Shown: positions 53,301 through 64,000 of the stretch, in pieces
Position numbering within the stretch: position 1 is the first letter of the stretch
Layout of the letters: every line of letters begins with the position of its first letter
From: Octopus bimaculoides
Taxonomy: Eukaryota
DNA length: 64,000 bases
Assembly (NCBI RefSeq): GCF_001194135.2
Contig: NC_068985.1
Coordinates: 118,083,125 to 118,147,124 of the forward strand
Reading direction: 5' to 3'
Translations under genes and position numbers: made by a program
Notes under the pieces: model-generated
Databases searched by the model: none
Told to the model about the DNA's origin: nothing
Seen by the model: the letters and a program-made list of their open reading frames with translations, nothing else

Positions 53301-54402
53301 GGTGTATACTGAGAAAATCGATAATCAAAATACATAATGCTGAAAAACGGAAATATTTTTATGAAATTGTCAACTTCGGTTGCAACAAACAAATAAATTT
53401 TAAAATTACTGATTAAACTAAACATGAAAACAAATATGTGGAATCATATTATATAAATATTTATATAATAGTTGATCATTAATACAAATATATGGAAACT
53501 TAACGCTACTATTCATTATTATTATAGAATAAAAACTAAGTGAACCCGTCTAGATACTCTAAAAAACAAAAGGTTAACTTCTTCCTTTGAGTTCCTGGCA
53601 GACCGAGAGCTTTCTTAAAACAAAATTAAATACAAGGCAAACTAAAATCGATATAACTCAATAAAAGCTGACGTTTTATCATTGTAAAAAAAATTGTCTA
53701 TAGAAAACACCAACCAAGAAATAATATCGCTTATAATACACATATTTTTGGTTACGTCAAAAGGAAAGTGAAATGTCTAGTATACGAGAACAAATGTATT
53801 TTGAAAATACATAATAGTAAAAAGTATTATTGTACAGAATCCATTTCGAAAGAAATGTATTTGTCAATTCGAACTTTTATACTGTGATGTTATACAGAAT
53901 GCATGATCAGCGAATCTTAATCCTGTCAAGCTGTACAGAATGAATAACTAGAGCACTATTTGAAGTCACAGAAGAGTTTAAAAAAAAAAAGAATATTTAC
54001 ATATTGTTAAAGTACACCTGGGGAATATTTCGAATTAATGAAAGATATGCTTCTGATGGGTGATTTAAAGCAATATATTTTGGCGACTTTAATGGACTGA
54101 AAGGATATTTTGAAGAGAGAATTCTTAAAAAGTAACTGGATTCAGTGTTATACATTTACTGATGTGTTTTTGGTAAAGAATACATGTGTCCGCGTAAACT
54201 AAACAGTTAGATTCTTTCAGGAGACCGAAGTATAAGGAAGAAAATAAAAGAAATAATGACAACATATATAGTAGAATCAAACGTTGCAGGAAAGAATAAA
54301 CGAAAGTGCACAATAGACAAACTAAATGGAACAATAAACTACTTACACTTCACGCGAACGGAAATCATTCTTGATGTAGTCGTCAAGCGATAAGTCCGCC
54401 AT
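31771..54402 (-). CDS. POLDIP3: Polymerase delta-interacting protein 3 (SKAR)-like gene, partial; exons 54402-54347, 47209-46714, 46140-46081, 34644-34477, 32116-<31771
   Basis: Exon 1 encodes MADLSLDDYIK (POLDIP3/ALYREF-type UAP56-binding motif). Exon 2 has the repeated DARLKL/DAREKI/DARHKI/DARKKI units typical of the POLDIP3 N-terminus. GT-AG junctions have compatible phases (2,0,0,0). The 3' part runs into an N gap. Confidence 0.85.
34477..34644 (-). CDS. POLDIP3: POLDIP3 probable exon 4 (LTNDLAPSDTG...NVQNK)
   Basis: tctttatttttcag| acceptor; AAG|gtaaat donor; 168 nt open, phase 0-0. Assignment rests on position and phase only. Confidence 0.6.
36615..37400 (+). mobile_element. Tc1/maT-like (IS630-Tc1-mariner) transposase remnant
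   Basis: VNRSFVFRIRKLLE..TKFVQQVQNI..EPTIRSMLQKSIR resembles the HTH region of DD37D/maT-type transposases; degenerate. Confidence 0.55.
40467..40709. mobile_element. Mariner-derived MITE, 243 bp
   Basis: TA|ttaggttggtgcataattattgc ... gcaataattatgcaccaacctaa|TA perfect TIRs; inner inverted repeat catctttaaatgattattcca; centre encodes the transposase tail KWKAVIEADGEYALE*. Confidence 0.92.
41581..42226. mobile_element. Two head-to-head RTE LINE 3' tails forming an inverted repeat
   Basis: 83-bp arms at 41601-41683 and 42133-42215 differ at 2 positions; (CAT)n and (GAC/GAT)n tails face outward. Confidence 0.85.
42545..43200 (-). mobile_element. RTE-clade LINE 3' fragment
   Basis: EVPGSCGRGRLRKTWEEILIADLKALSL plus 3' UTR and (CAT)n tail. 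Confidence 0.75.
46081..46140 (-). CDS. POLDIP3: POLDIP3 exon 3 (VNNRHQSRIHPSSEVSLKRT)
   Basis: tttccag| acceptor, |gtaagt donor, 60 nt with no stop, phase 0-0. Confidence 0.75.
46714..47209 (-). CDS. POLDIP3: POLDIP3 exon 2 (DAR-x-K-[LI] repeats)
   Basis: tttaatttcag| acceptor; open frame; donor ACG|gtaaat. Confidence 0.88.
48555..49300 (+). mobile_element. RTE-clade LINE 3' ORF end and UTR
   Basis: KFSELL..TKGLSLRVKGRL..AMLHGSETW..LRWMCNVS..CVKKCHTLAVEGTCGRGRPRKT.DEVVKHDL. Confidence 0.88.
50345..50621 (-). mobile_element. Non-autonomous Helitron/Helentron-like element, 5' portion
   Basis: A|TCTATATATTTAAAGATGAGAATGTGTCTGTCTGTCTG start. A separate + strand Helitron-like 3' end (cacgggcaatgccagg...CTAGT) lies at ~50155-50188. 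Confidence 0.45.
52735..53082 (-). mobile_element. tRNA-derived SINE family C, near full length
   Basis: Head gtggaggcgcaatggcccagtgg...ggtttcgattccc (A/B boxes), body and (AAC)n tail. Confidence 0.85.
54347..54402 (-). CDS. POLDIP3: POLDIP3 exon 1 (MADLSLDDYIKNDFRSRE)
   Basis: ATG in aatATGG context; donor GT|gtaagt; phase 2 joins the acceptor at 47209. Confidence 0.85.
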
Positions 54403-54425
54403 ATTTAACTGATTAATTGAAAACT

Positions 54426-54452
54426 AACTTCCGTCTTATACCCTCAACTTCC
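54426..54452 (-). promoter_or_regulatory. Tandem ETS-type motifs (CGGAAGT x2) just 5' of the POLDIP3 ATG
   Basis: acttccg at 54426-54432 and 54446-54452 on +, 24-50 bp upstream of the start codon; typical of housekeeping core promoters. Confidence 0.5.
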
Positions 54453-55270
54453 GCTATTACATTGACACCACTAATTCATTTATATTTTATGAAAAGTAAT
54501 GTAAGATATCACGTATATAATATAGTGGGCTGAAAATCGCCGTTCAGCAGAGATTATACAAGCAATTAGTAGACAATAACTCTCGAGAGAGGTTTCTGAA
54601 AATTAAAAATCACATATTTTATTAGCCTTTAGTATTACCTTGATCCCATGAAACTATCTTATGATAAATGGGATAGGGTCTCATTTTATAGGGTTGAAAC
54701 ACTTCTATCAGTTAATATTATCCAAACAATTAGTTGACAAAAATCCCTCGTATTTGAAAATTAAAGATCATGTATTTTATTACAGCCAATGAGGAGTGGA
54801 GGCCTTGGTGCAAATCTTGAAAAGACATTGCTTCTTGCCGGCAAGTCAAAGACTCAGAATCTAAAATCATATTTTCTAAAATGTTTTGAAGGCCTTATAT
54901 TCGCTATCATTGACTGATTTAAAAGATTTTCCCAGAAAGCAAATAATAGCTGAAATAATGAAATATCTATGATGTGTATGCATAAGTTATGTTAAGACTA
55001 GAGGGCAATGTTTTCCATTGTGTTTATAGCATTTGAGAATACTCTCACATGGCATCATATTGCCAGTATATCTTCCCCAGGGAGTACCGGAATGACTACC
55101 AGACATAGATGTGAGCTGCTGCAATTTTTTAAAATATCCCTCTTACAAAAGCACTTATGGGCTGGTAGTGTGCCCCTTGCCCAACACGTTTCCTAGTAAA
55201 ATGCGTAGATGCTCACTGGAGAAGAACAGGCTTCATTGGTGTGGAAATAAGATGAGTGGAAGAACAGGGT

Positions 55271-55808
55271 TGTGACGTTAACGGTCAAGGGACTTGAACA
55301 GAACAGGAAGGGTGAGAGAGGAAGTAAGATCGGGATCCTCTCCGTCTTTTGCCTTGAGCACTCAGGACGAATAGACGAGCGAGCTGAAAGAAATTGGTAT
55401 TAGCAATGCTATCGTTAGGTGCACAGGCAGGGCATGAGTTTTGGATTGAGTACAGCTGGACGGCAAAACGACGAAAAGATAGGCGAACGTTTTTTATTTC
55501 CCCGCATACAGTTCCCTCGTACAACAAGCTATTTCGGCACTCGTGCATAAGTATATTTCTCCCTTGTTATCCCCTTCCATGTGATGGCAGTGATTCCGTT
55601 AGACTTTTCTATGGTGAAGGACATGTAGTGACTTGGATTTGTAAGATCATAGTGGCTCCTTGATAGATGAGGAAGACCAACTGATCGTAGCGAAGATCAA
55701 GCAGCGATTGAGGGGAGCTTATACAGAGGGGATGTACGCCACGTTTGCTAAGCTGGGAACAGGTCGATGTGTATGCCGCGAAGGTTAGGAGACCGACCAA
55801 GTGTAACA
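55271..55808 (-). mobile_element. Probable solo LTR (538 bp)
   Basis: Minus-strand termini TGTTAC...GTCACA; CpG-rich relative to flanks; AATAAA near 55495; no matching TSD found. Confidence 0.5.
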
Positions 55809-55835
55809 TTTTGGACACAGTCCTATATATAAATA

Positions 55836-56845
55836 CAAGGATGGGCTGAAAAGTTCATAGGCTGATTATGAAGGAGTGATACCAGAGCTATGAAATCTTG
55901 CATGCTTTAATTTCTATATTTCTAATTTATAACTGCATTGTTTCTTTCCAGCTAAACTGACATCTCACTGTTCAAAGACGACTTAAAAAGTAACTAGTTG
56001 TGACTTTTCTTGAAAATAGACAAAATTTAGCATCATGGTGTTATCAAGTACCTGCAGAAAGAGGGTTTTAGTCCCCAAGGACATTCATGCTGAAATGGTT
56101 GCTACAATAGGGGATGACATCACGTCTTTATCAACAGTGCAAAAGTGGGCAGCTGAATTTAGGAGAGGAATGGAAAGTCTTGAAGATGACTCAAAATCTG
56201 GATGTCCTGTAACTTCCACCACCAAGGAAAACATTAAACATGTTCACCACATGCTGATAGATGACAGGCAATTGACCATAAATCAAACAGCCAATGCTAT
56301 TAGGATATCCTGTGAGGGGGTTGAGAATATTCTGCACAATGAACTTGGGATAATGGTTTCTGCTCCGTGAGTGCCACATCTTCTGACACCTGATCAAAAG
56401 TGCATCAGGCTAATCACATCACAGGAAAATCTGATATCATTTGAAGTAGACCCAGTTGGTTTCCTTGAACATTTCCTAACACAGGATGAGTGTTGGCTTC
56501 ATCACTCTGAGCCAGAAACAAAGAGGCAGTCCATGCAGTAAAAACACCCTTCCTCACCTGCTCCAAAGAAGGCCAAAGTCATTTCATCTGCAGGGAAGAT
56601 GGTGCCCTTTTTTTTTGGGGGGGGGGATGCAAAAGGCATCATGTTTATTGACTATCTTCAGAAGGGCTGTACCATTAATGGAGAGTACTATGCCAACTTG
56701 TTGAGGCAGTTACGAAAGATTATCAAGACTAGATGCCTAGGAAAACTGACAAAAGGGGTTTGTTTCATTAGGACAATGCTCCAGCACACAAGTCCTTAAT
56801 TTGAATGGCTGTTGTACATGACTGTGGCTTTGAACTGGTTGATCT
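55836..56845 (+). mobile_element. Mariner (irritans/Himar1-like) transposon, degenerate
   Basis: TA|caaggatgggctgaaaagttc; LSTVQKWAAEFRRGMESLEDD..SGCP..ENIKHVHHMLIDDRQL; DECWLHH; DYLQKG.TINGEYYANLL. Confidence 0.88.
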
Positions 56846-57474
56846 ATAAATGGAAACAAATTGCAGATTTGGACTGTTCATATTTTAAAACTATGAAAAA
56901 ATAAATTACCCCCACAAAAAGCTGGAATTTTAGATTCGTTTGGGGAGGGTGATGTTAATGAAAATTTCACTATTGTTTCTAATTATGCTTCATTTTCTGT
57001 TTGAAAATAAAGGAAGTGGGGATTGTAATGGTAACAAGTATGTCATGCAAAAAACAATTGGCCAAAATTGGTACTGAGTCAGGGAGGAGGGTTTGAAAAA
57101 ATTCTTTTTTGTAAAAAGCTTCCACACTCCATCATTTGCCAGGGTGCGCTGAAAAATAAATTGAAACTTCCCTGCCAAAAGTCTTCTAAGGTGTTCTAGT
57201 GTAAAAATTACTCAGCAACAACAGGATGCTCAAGTAGTGTGTGTGTGTGTGTGTGTGTATATATGCATAGTTATATATATATACACACACACACACAGGC
57301 ATATGTATTCAGATACACATGCTCCCTTATCTCCATTTACAGGTAGGCTATGTATATGTCTAGATACACACATGTACAACACATTTATTTTCAAGCATAT
57401 ATGTACTTACATCTAACCATATCCAACAACACAAATATGTAGCATATACACAAACATATACACACACACACACA

Positions 57475-57546
<72 letters not shown>

Positions 57547-57548
57547 TA

Positions 57549-57712
57549 CAACGGGCTTCTTTCAGTTTCCGTCTACCAAATCCACTCACAAGGCTTTGGT
57601 CGGCCCGAGGCTATAGTAGAAGACACTTGCCCAAGGTGCCATGCAGTGGGACTGAACCCGGAACCATGTGGCTGGTAAGCAAGCTACTTACCATACAACC
57701 ACACCTGCGCCT
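57549..57712 (-). mobile_element. SINE family A head, young copy
   Basis: First ~85 nt identical to the copy at 8685-8846. Confidence 0.85.
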
Positions 57713-57714
57713 AC

Positions 57715-58150
57715 CTCTGTTGAGCAAATTCCGTAGCACCAGCTTTCATCACCAGTGATGACCTTCAAAAACTGGTCCAGATCAACTTCCAACTGTTCTT
57801 TCAGTTCATGACATGCATTCAGTTGTGACTGCTTTTGATCTTCCATGAGCAAAACAAGGCACAAATTTTGCTGCAACTCTTTTCACTTGCAATTCCTTGC
57901 TCAAAATTCGTTGGCAGGGGCTCCAGGACATGCCAGTCATATGAACAAGTTCGTCAATTGCTCAGCAGTGGTCCTCCAAGATCAGTTCATGAATGTTCAT
58001 GTTGTTTTCAATCATTTGGGAGGTCAATGGTTGCTCTGAACCAAGTTGATCTTCAAATGACAAGTGATCATTCCTAAAACATGAAAGCCACTTGTAAACT
58101 TGTGTTTTGCTCATGCAGTATCCTTGTAAGCTGTTTAAAGTATGGCAACT
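57715..58150 (-). mobile_element. Mariner transposase fragment
   Basis: MSKTQVYKW...FEDQ; KVITGDESWCYG. Confidence 0.75.
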
Positions 58151-58169
58151 GTTTTGACTGCCATTTCCC

Positions 58170-58700
58170 AAGTCAGTTTAGGATCTGCCACAGACCTCTC
58201 CTGCTCACAGTGTCCAATGCTTTCATCAAATTGACATCTGTTACATAAAGTGGTTTGTTTTATTTTGTTCCTGGCACTTTTCCTGGAGCTGTCTGGGAAC
58301 GAAAACCATATCTGTTGTACACCTGTTGGCTCTGAAACCATATTAGCTTTCTGGAAGATGATTTTCAGCAATCGACAGAACAAGTCTGTTGAGGAGTAGT
58401 CTTGCTAGAACTCTTCCTGCAGTGGAAAGCAAGGTGATCCCCAGGTAGTTTGAGGAGTCTGTATAGTGTAATGATGACAGCATTGTGGTGACCTTGTGGC
58501 AGCTTGCCCTGTTCTCAGTTAATGGGGGTCCACATAGTCACTGGATGCTGGTTGGGTGAGCACCATACTGGGCTAAAACTTCCCAAGAGTGATGCAAACC
58601 CCAAGTCCTACTTTGACCTCCTCGTGGTACCACCTGGATCTAAACCAACAGGAGAGGATGACTGTGGATATCTGGCGCCTACAATCTGGTGGCTGGTCAA
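58170..58700 (-). mobile_element. RTE-BovB-like LINE RT N-terminal fragment
   Basis: QGKLPQ..AVIITLY..SSNYLGITLLSTAGRVLARLLLNRL..LPES*YGFRANRCTTDMVF..RQLQEKC.EQN. Confidence 0.85.
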
Positions 58701-61037
58701 AGTTCATTCCAAATTAAAAAGAGAAAGAGAACTTGCATATATACATACATGCATACATAAATACTTAGTTTTCAATGCTGGCATGTGTTGGACAGCGTTT
58801 CTGAGGCAGTGTTTCAGGTCCCAATATCCAACTTCTTGTCATACCTTTTAGTCTCTTTTTCTGGCATGCAAGGATATGGTGTCGGCTCTGTACTAGACTT
58901 ATTAGATGGAGCCGACATTAGACTTCAACGGAGCCGAGGATATGGTGTGCCTATTCTAAAACAGGGAGATATATAATAAACATTGGCTAATACAGTCTTA
59001 GATCTATAAAAAGAGGCAATAGTCACAGCTGGACTAGCACTGATTATAGGTCTGCTTGCTTAGGGCTGATTTGCATGGGAAGACATTGTCATGTTTATTT
59101 TGTAGCCCTGATCATTACTGCTTCAGTTGGCATAAAAAATAGGAGCAGATAAATGATCACTATGATCAACACCTAAGCTTGGCATCCAGTATATGCTATA
59201 TTTACAGAATGTCCACTATAGTCTGAAATGAAGAAGATTATTTCATTGCTGAGATTTATTATGAAGAATCCTATTTTTACAGGTAAACTCAACAAATATA
59301 GTCCCTAATAGGGATATTGTTTAAAGAGAACTGGATCCTTCATAGAACCTCAAATTAAGCATGCAATGGGCATGTGGTTGTTGTTTCTCTCCAGATCAGA
59401 CCTGATTAAGCAGATTTATGATCAAGTACATTGCAGCTGTGACAGTCTTGTCTGGTCATACTGGACAATTGATCTTAGCTATCGCTCACAAGTGAGTATA
59501 ATTTGATAGCATATATCATATTTTTGTTAATTATTTTTACTGCCTTTGTTAGTCGTGACCAGGCATAGTTACCCTTTCAGTCTTCTCCTTTAATCCAGCT
59601 GAAAATTGACACAAGCTCTCAGCTGGTATTTGTTTCTCAGTCAAATACACAATACATCACCCAGTCTAGGAATCGAACCCAGCTTAACCAACAGACTTTG
59701 CGCCCTTGTCATAGAACTACATTGACTAATAAATTTCTTTACATTTTTAAGATAATGATGTGGAATTTCAAAAAAATTTGGCTGTTGCTTCTAGCGACTA
59801 AGTTCTTTTGATAGGTGCATTTATTGACGATAATCAAACCATATCATAAATGAAATAACCTAAGTTACGCTTGGGGATAATCCATCCTGCTCAATTTCGC
59901 GCGCGTGCGGGAATGTGAGTGGGTGTATTCCTGTATGTGGTTGTCGAATCGTCTACATTAAATGAGACACAACTTTGTTGGAGTAAGCAGAGTTACCTCC
60001 CCTGAAGCACTTTTCAGGTTGTAATGCTATGTAACATAATATCTCTACATCAATAGCAACGTAAGAAATGATGTATTAAAAATTAATTGTGAAATATTTA
60101 CAATTACTTTATATATGGGAGAGGGAGTGCTTCTTTAGTTAGATTAAAGGATGGAAAATATTTTCACTCAAAGACCAACAACCAACCATATCTGTGTGTG
60201 TGTGCGTGCATGCATACATATATTAATAGGCCAAAATAAGCAAATAAATATTCATGACTTGCCAGAATTTGACCATCTCGTTCTTCTACACACAACATTC
60301 TCACCTCTACCTATCTATCTATCTATTTGATTCCTTTTATGTATCTGTCTATCAATCCCTCTAGGTAGACTTTCGTTTAAAATTTTAACTTGTCACTTGA
60401 GTTTCTGACTCAACTTTTTGAAACCATATCATCTCATTCTTTGCCTTATAAGCCTAGTTCTCAGTTGCCACAAATTCAACCCTACACATTCCAACTACTA
60501 TAATTATTTTATCATTTTCATTTGATAAGTACAGTACAATGGATAAAACTGGCTATATGTAAGTTTAAAAGATTTAATATATTGAAATGAAATATTACAC
60601 TTTTTATTTTGTTTTTGTCTTTCAAATCTGTCTAAAAAGATTACAACAGTTCTCTTAATGTTTTTGTGCATTTTAAGCCATTTTTTGTTTATATTACACA
60701 GCCTATACAGAAACCTCCAACTACTTTTCACTGTCTGTCTGTCTGTCTGTTTGTCTGTATGTATGTATGTATGTCTCTTCTATTTTTTAATTATTATAAA
60801 TCTTCCACTGAGGCAGGAGCTGGTTTCCAGCAAAGATACAAGGCTCCATCTTTGGAATGTAGTTAACACAGCCAAATTCACATTTGGAACTTGAGAAAAG
60901 TCTTGCATATTTTTACTGTTCCACTCATAGATTGCACTTGTAATGTACACATTAGCCAGTCGATTTCTCTTTCTGAAAATCCCAGTTTATCCAGATTTGT
61001 ATGTATGTATGTATGTATGTATGTATGTATGTATGTA

Positions 61038-61068
<31 letters not shown>

Positions 61069-62669
61069 ATGTATGTTCTATTTTTTTATGACATCAGCAT
61101 TGTTGTGGTCATTTTGTAACTCACAAGACAAAAAGACCCCATGACTGAGAGGGAGACTAGGAAAGAGAGTATTGATTTCATGCAGTTTTCAGAGAATGAG
61201 CTAAAGTATAATGAGGGAAACAGCTTTAATGTACTCAAGAAGGGTTCATTATAAAAAGGGTAGACACAAAATGCTTTAGTTTTAAAGCTGACAGTGACTT
61301 CAAGGTTTTGCCACTACTGATTAGTAAAATTCTCTGAGAAATCATCAGTTGAGAAACAGAGATGTAAAACTCAAAGTTATGAAATTTGAAATTCCAGTTT
61401 AATAAACACATTATATTTTGACACCCTACCTTTCATATGAGGTATTCTGTTTTGTCTGCCTGTCCATACTTAATTCTTTGCAACCAAGTGTTTAAATACA
61501 CACTTGCATGCTCACGCATGTACACACAGACACACACACACAGACACACATACACACAAACACACATACACACACACACATGCGCGCGCGTGTGTGTGTG
61601 TGCACATCTGTATATAAGTGAGTAAATGAAACAAAGAAGCACCCAACATTTTGGTTGGAGCCACTTGTATTTAATTACAGTTTGATTCAGCTCCATATGA
61701 CTTAACGATTAGTGACCTTGTTGGACATGTCCATTTCATCAGATATTTGAAAGAGTCTGTATATCTGTGTGTATGTGTGTGTGTGTGTGTGTAAACGTAA
61801 GTATACCCCTCTATTCAATCCATCCTACTCTTTCACTAACTCATAACCTAATAACACTAATTTCTATTTATATTCTATTAATCCATTTCTTAGTACAGTC
61901 TCTATTAGTTTCTCCATCCTCTCACAATATTAAACCTGTTTCTCCTATTTTTCTGAAAACTATGCATAAAATCAATATTCTTTTTCCTATTTTTCCTCTC
62001 AGTCACGGGGTCTTGTTAGTCTTGTGAGTTACAAAGTGACCACAACAGTGCTGATATCATTAAAAAAAAATACCCAGTACATTCTTTAAAGTGGGTGCCA
62101 TTAGGAAGGAAAACCAGCTATAGAAAACATGTTAAAGCTGAGATATTGGAGCAAGATTTGGTCTGCCAACTCAGTTGGGTTCTGCCAAATTGTCCGATTT
62201 ATGCTTGCATAGAGTGTGTCCCCAATCTTCTATGAGAACGTGTCTAGTTATAGGAAAAAAATTAACCTTACTTGGAAGAGGAGTGTTGATGACATGAAGG
62301 ACATGTGGTTGTACAAAATCCACCTTGACAGGATTCCATCTGACCCATGGAAATGTGAATGTGAAAAACAGTGATAATAATGATTATTTATATATGAAAA
62401 TAGGTCAAAGGTCCTTTCTAAATAGGCTCATAAAGCCAGTTTTCTGGTTTCTGTAGCAAAAATATTCCCCCTGGACTGAATGTCAGTTTATTGCAGGGAT
62501 ACTGATTTTTATCAGCTGAGTGGACTGGAGCACTGTGAAATGAAATGTTTTGGTGAAGAACATTATGTAATGCCTGGTTCAGGAATTGAAACCACAATTT
62601 TACAATCATGAGGGCAACATCCTAACAACTAAGCAATGTGCCTCCACATTACATATATATTATATGTGT

Positions 62670-62895
62670 GTCTTTATGTCTGCGTTTATATCCCCATCAC
62701 CGCTAGACAACTGGTGTTGGTGTGTTTACATCCCTGTAACTTAGTGGTTCAGCAAAAAGACCGATAGACTTGGCTTTAAAAATAGACTTGGCTTTAAAAA
62801 ATAATTCCTGGGGCTGATTTGTTTGACTAAAACCCTTTGAGGTGGTGCTCCAACATGGCCACAGTCAGATGACTGAAACAAGTAAAAGAATAAAA
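62670..62895 (+). mobile_element. SINE family A, 3' half
   Basis: gacaactggtgttggtgtgtttac ... gtggtgctccaacatggcc ... gactgaaacaagtaaaagaa. Confidence 0.75.
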
Positions 62896-63304
62896 GAATA
62901 TACCAGTTCAAACAGTCAGTTTGCAGCACTCCCTATTGGGTTTGAATATGCCTCAAGCATATTTGAACTGGTAACAAGTTTGTATTTATACACATCACTG
63001 CTTAGTGCTTTCATCCTGTGTTTTATTTATGGCAGGCCACTGACTAGAGCAACCAGTCATTCTATGATGGCAGCAATATATTAAGAAGGACCTGTTTCTC
63101 TTGTCAGTTCATAGTGTCTGCCTTTCTGGTTTCTGGTGCAGTAAAGGAGATAATCATTCTGAAATGCATGCATCTACCAATGTGTGAACTGACTTTGTGT
63201 ATTTACACCTGTCTATCTACCGTGAGAAATTTTCTCCATGACAAAATACAATGAATGGCTTTCTTGCAGGTTCAAATATGCTCCAAGTGTATTTGAACTG
63301 TTTG

Positions 63305-63362
<58 letters not shown>

Positions 63363-64000
63363 TACATACATACATACATACATACATACATACATACATA
63401 CATACATACATACNNNNNNNNNNNNNNNNNNNNNNNNNNNNNNNNNNNNNNNNNNNNNNNNNNNNNNNNNNNNNNNNNNNNNNNNNNNNNNNNNNNNNNN
63501 NNNNNNNNNNNNNNNNNNNNNNNNNNNNNNNNNNNNNNNNNNNNNNNNNNNNNNNNNNNNNNNNNNNNNNNNNNNNNNNNNNNNNNNNNNNNNNNNNNNN
63601 NNNNNNNNNNNNNNNNNNNNNNNNNNNNNNNNNNNNNNNNNNNNNNNNNNNNNNNNNNNNNNNNNNNNNNNNNNNNNNNNNNNNNNNNNNNNNNNNNNNN
63701 NNNNNNNNNNNNNNNNNNNNNNNNNNNNNNNNNNNNNNNNNNNNNNNNNNNNNNNNNNNNNNNNNNNNNNNNNNNNNNNNNNNNNNNNNNNNNNNNNNNN
63801 NNNNNNNNNNNNNNNNNNNNNNNNNNNNNNNNNNNNNNNNNNNNNNNNNNNNNNNNNNNNNNNNNNNNNNNNNNNNNNNNNNNNNNNNNNNNNNNNNNNN
63901 NNNNNNNNNNNNNNNNNNNNNNNNNNNNNNNNNNNNNNNNNNNNNNNNNNNNNNNNNNNNNNNNNNNNNNNNNNNNNNNNNNNNNNNNNNNATGTTGATA

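Noticed and set aside
55221-55307. gaacagg motif recurring at ~38-39 bp spacing (CRISPR-like periodicity)
   Set aside because: Only 7-10 bp, three copies, purine-rich context, eukaryotic DNA, no cas genes.
55285-55818. Two same-frame minus-strand ORFs with a signal-peptide-like start (MLHLVGLLTFAAY...)
   Set aside because: Separated by two in-frame stops, no recognisable family, and bounded by LTR-like termini; better explained as a solo LTR.
63080-63300. Possible minus-strand exon of a further gene
   Set aside because: All frames hit stops within ~30 codons and no family similarity is recognisable.

Overview
Repeat-dense, AT-rich animal genomic DNA from a gapped short-read scaffold. The SINE and LINE families and the microsatellite load look like Octopus (inference). 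Two convergent host genes are visible. On the + strand is a complete MRNIP/C5orf45-like gene: 4 coding exons, 13454-20198, 453 aa. On the - strand is a POLDIP3/SKAR-like gene: ATG at 54402, five exons recovered down to the gap edge at ~31771, with the RRM and C-terminus not visible. The rest is a dense record of transposons: several Tc1/mariner copies and MITEs, RTE-clade LINE fragments, three tRNA-derived SINE families, Penelope-like remnants with hammerhead-like motifs, Gypsy integrase plus LTR, a probable solo LTR, piggyBac and Helitron-like pieces, and a Merlin/IS1595-like transposase N-terminus upstream of MRNIP. I found no convincing novel multi-gene system. The best leads are a splice acceptor built from a (TTA)n microsatellite, minimal hammerhead-like ribozyme motifs, a young LINE-tail fold-back in a POLDIP3 intron, and transposons placed close to both genes' 5' ends.
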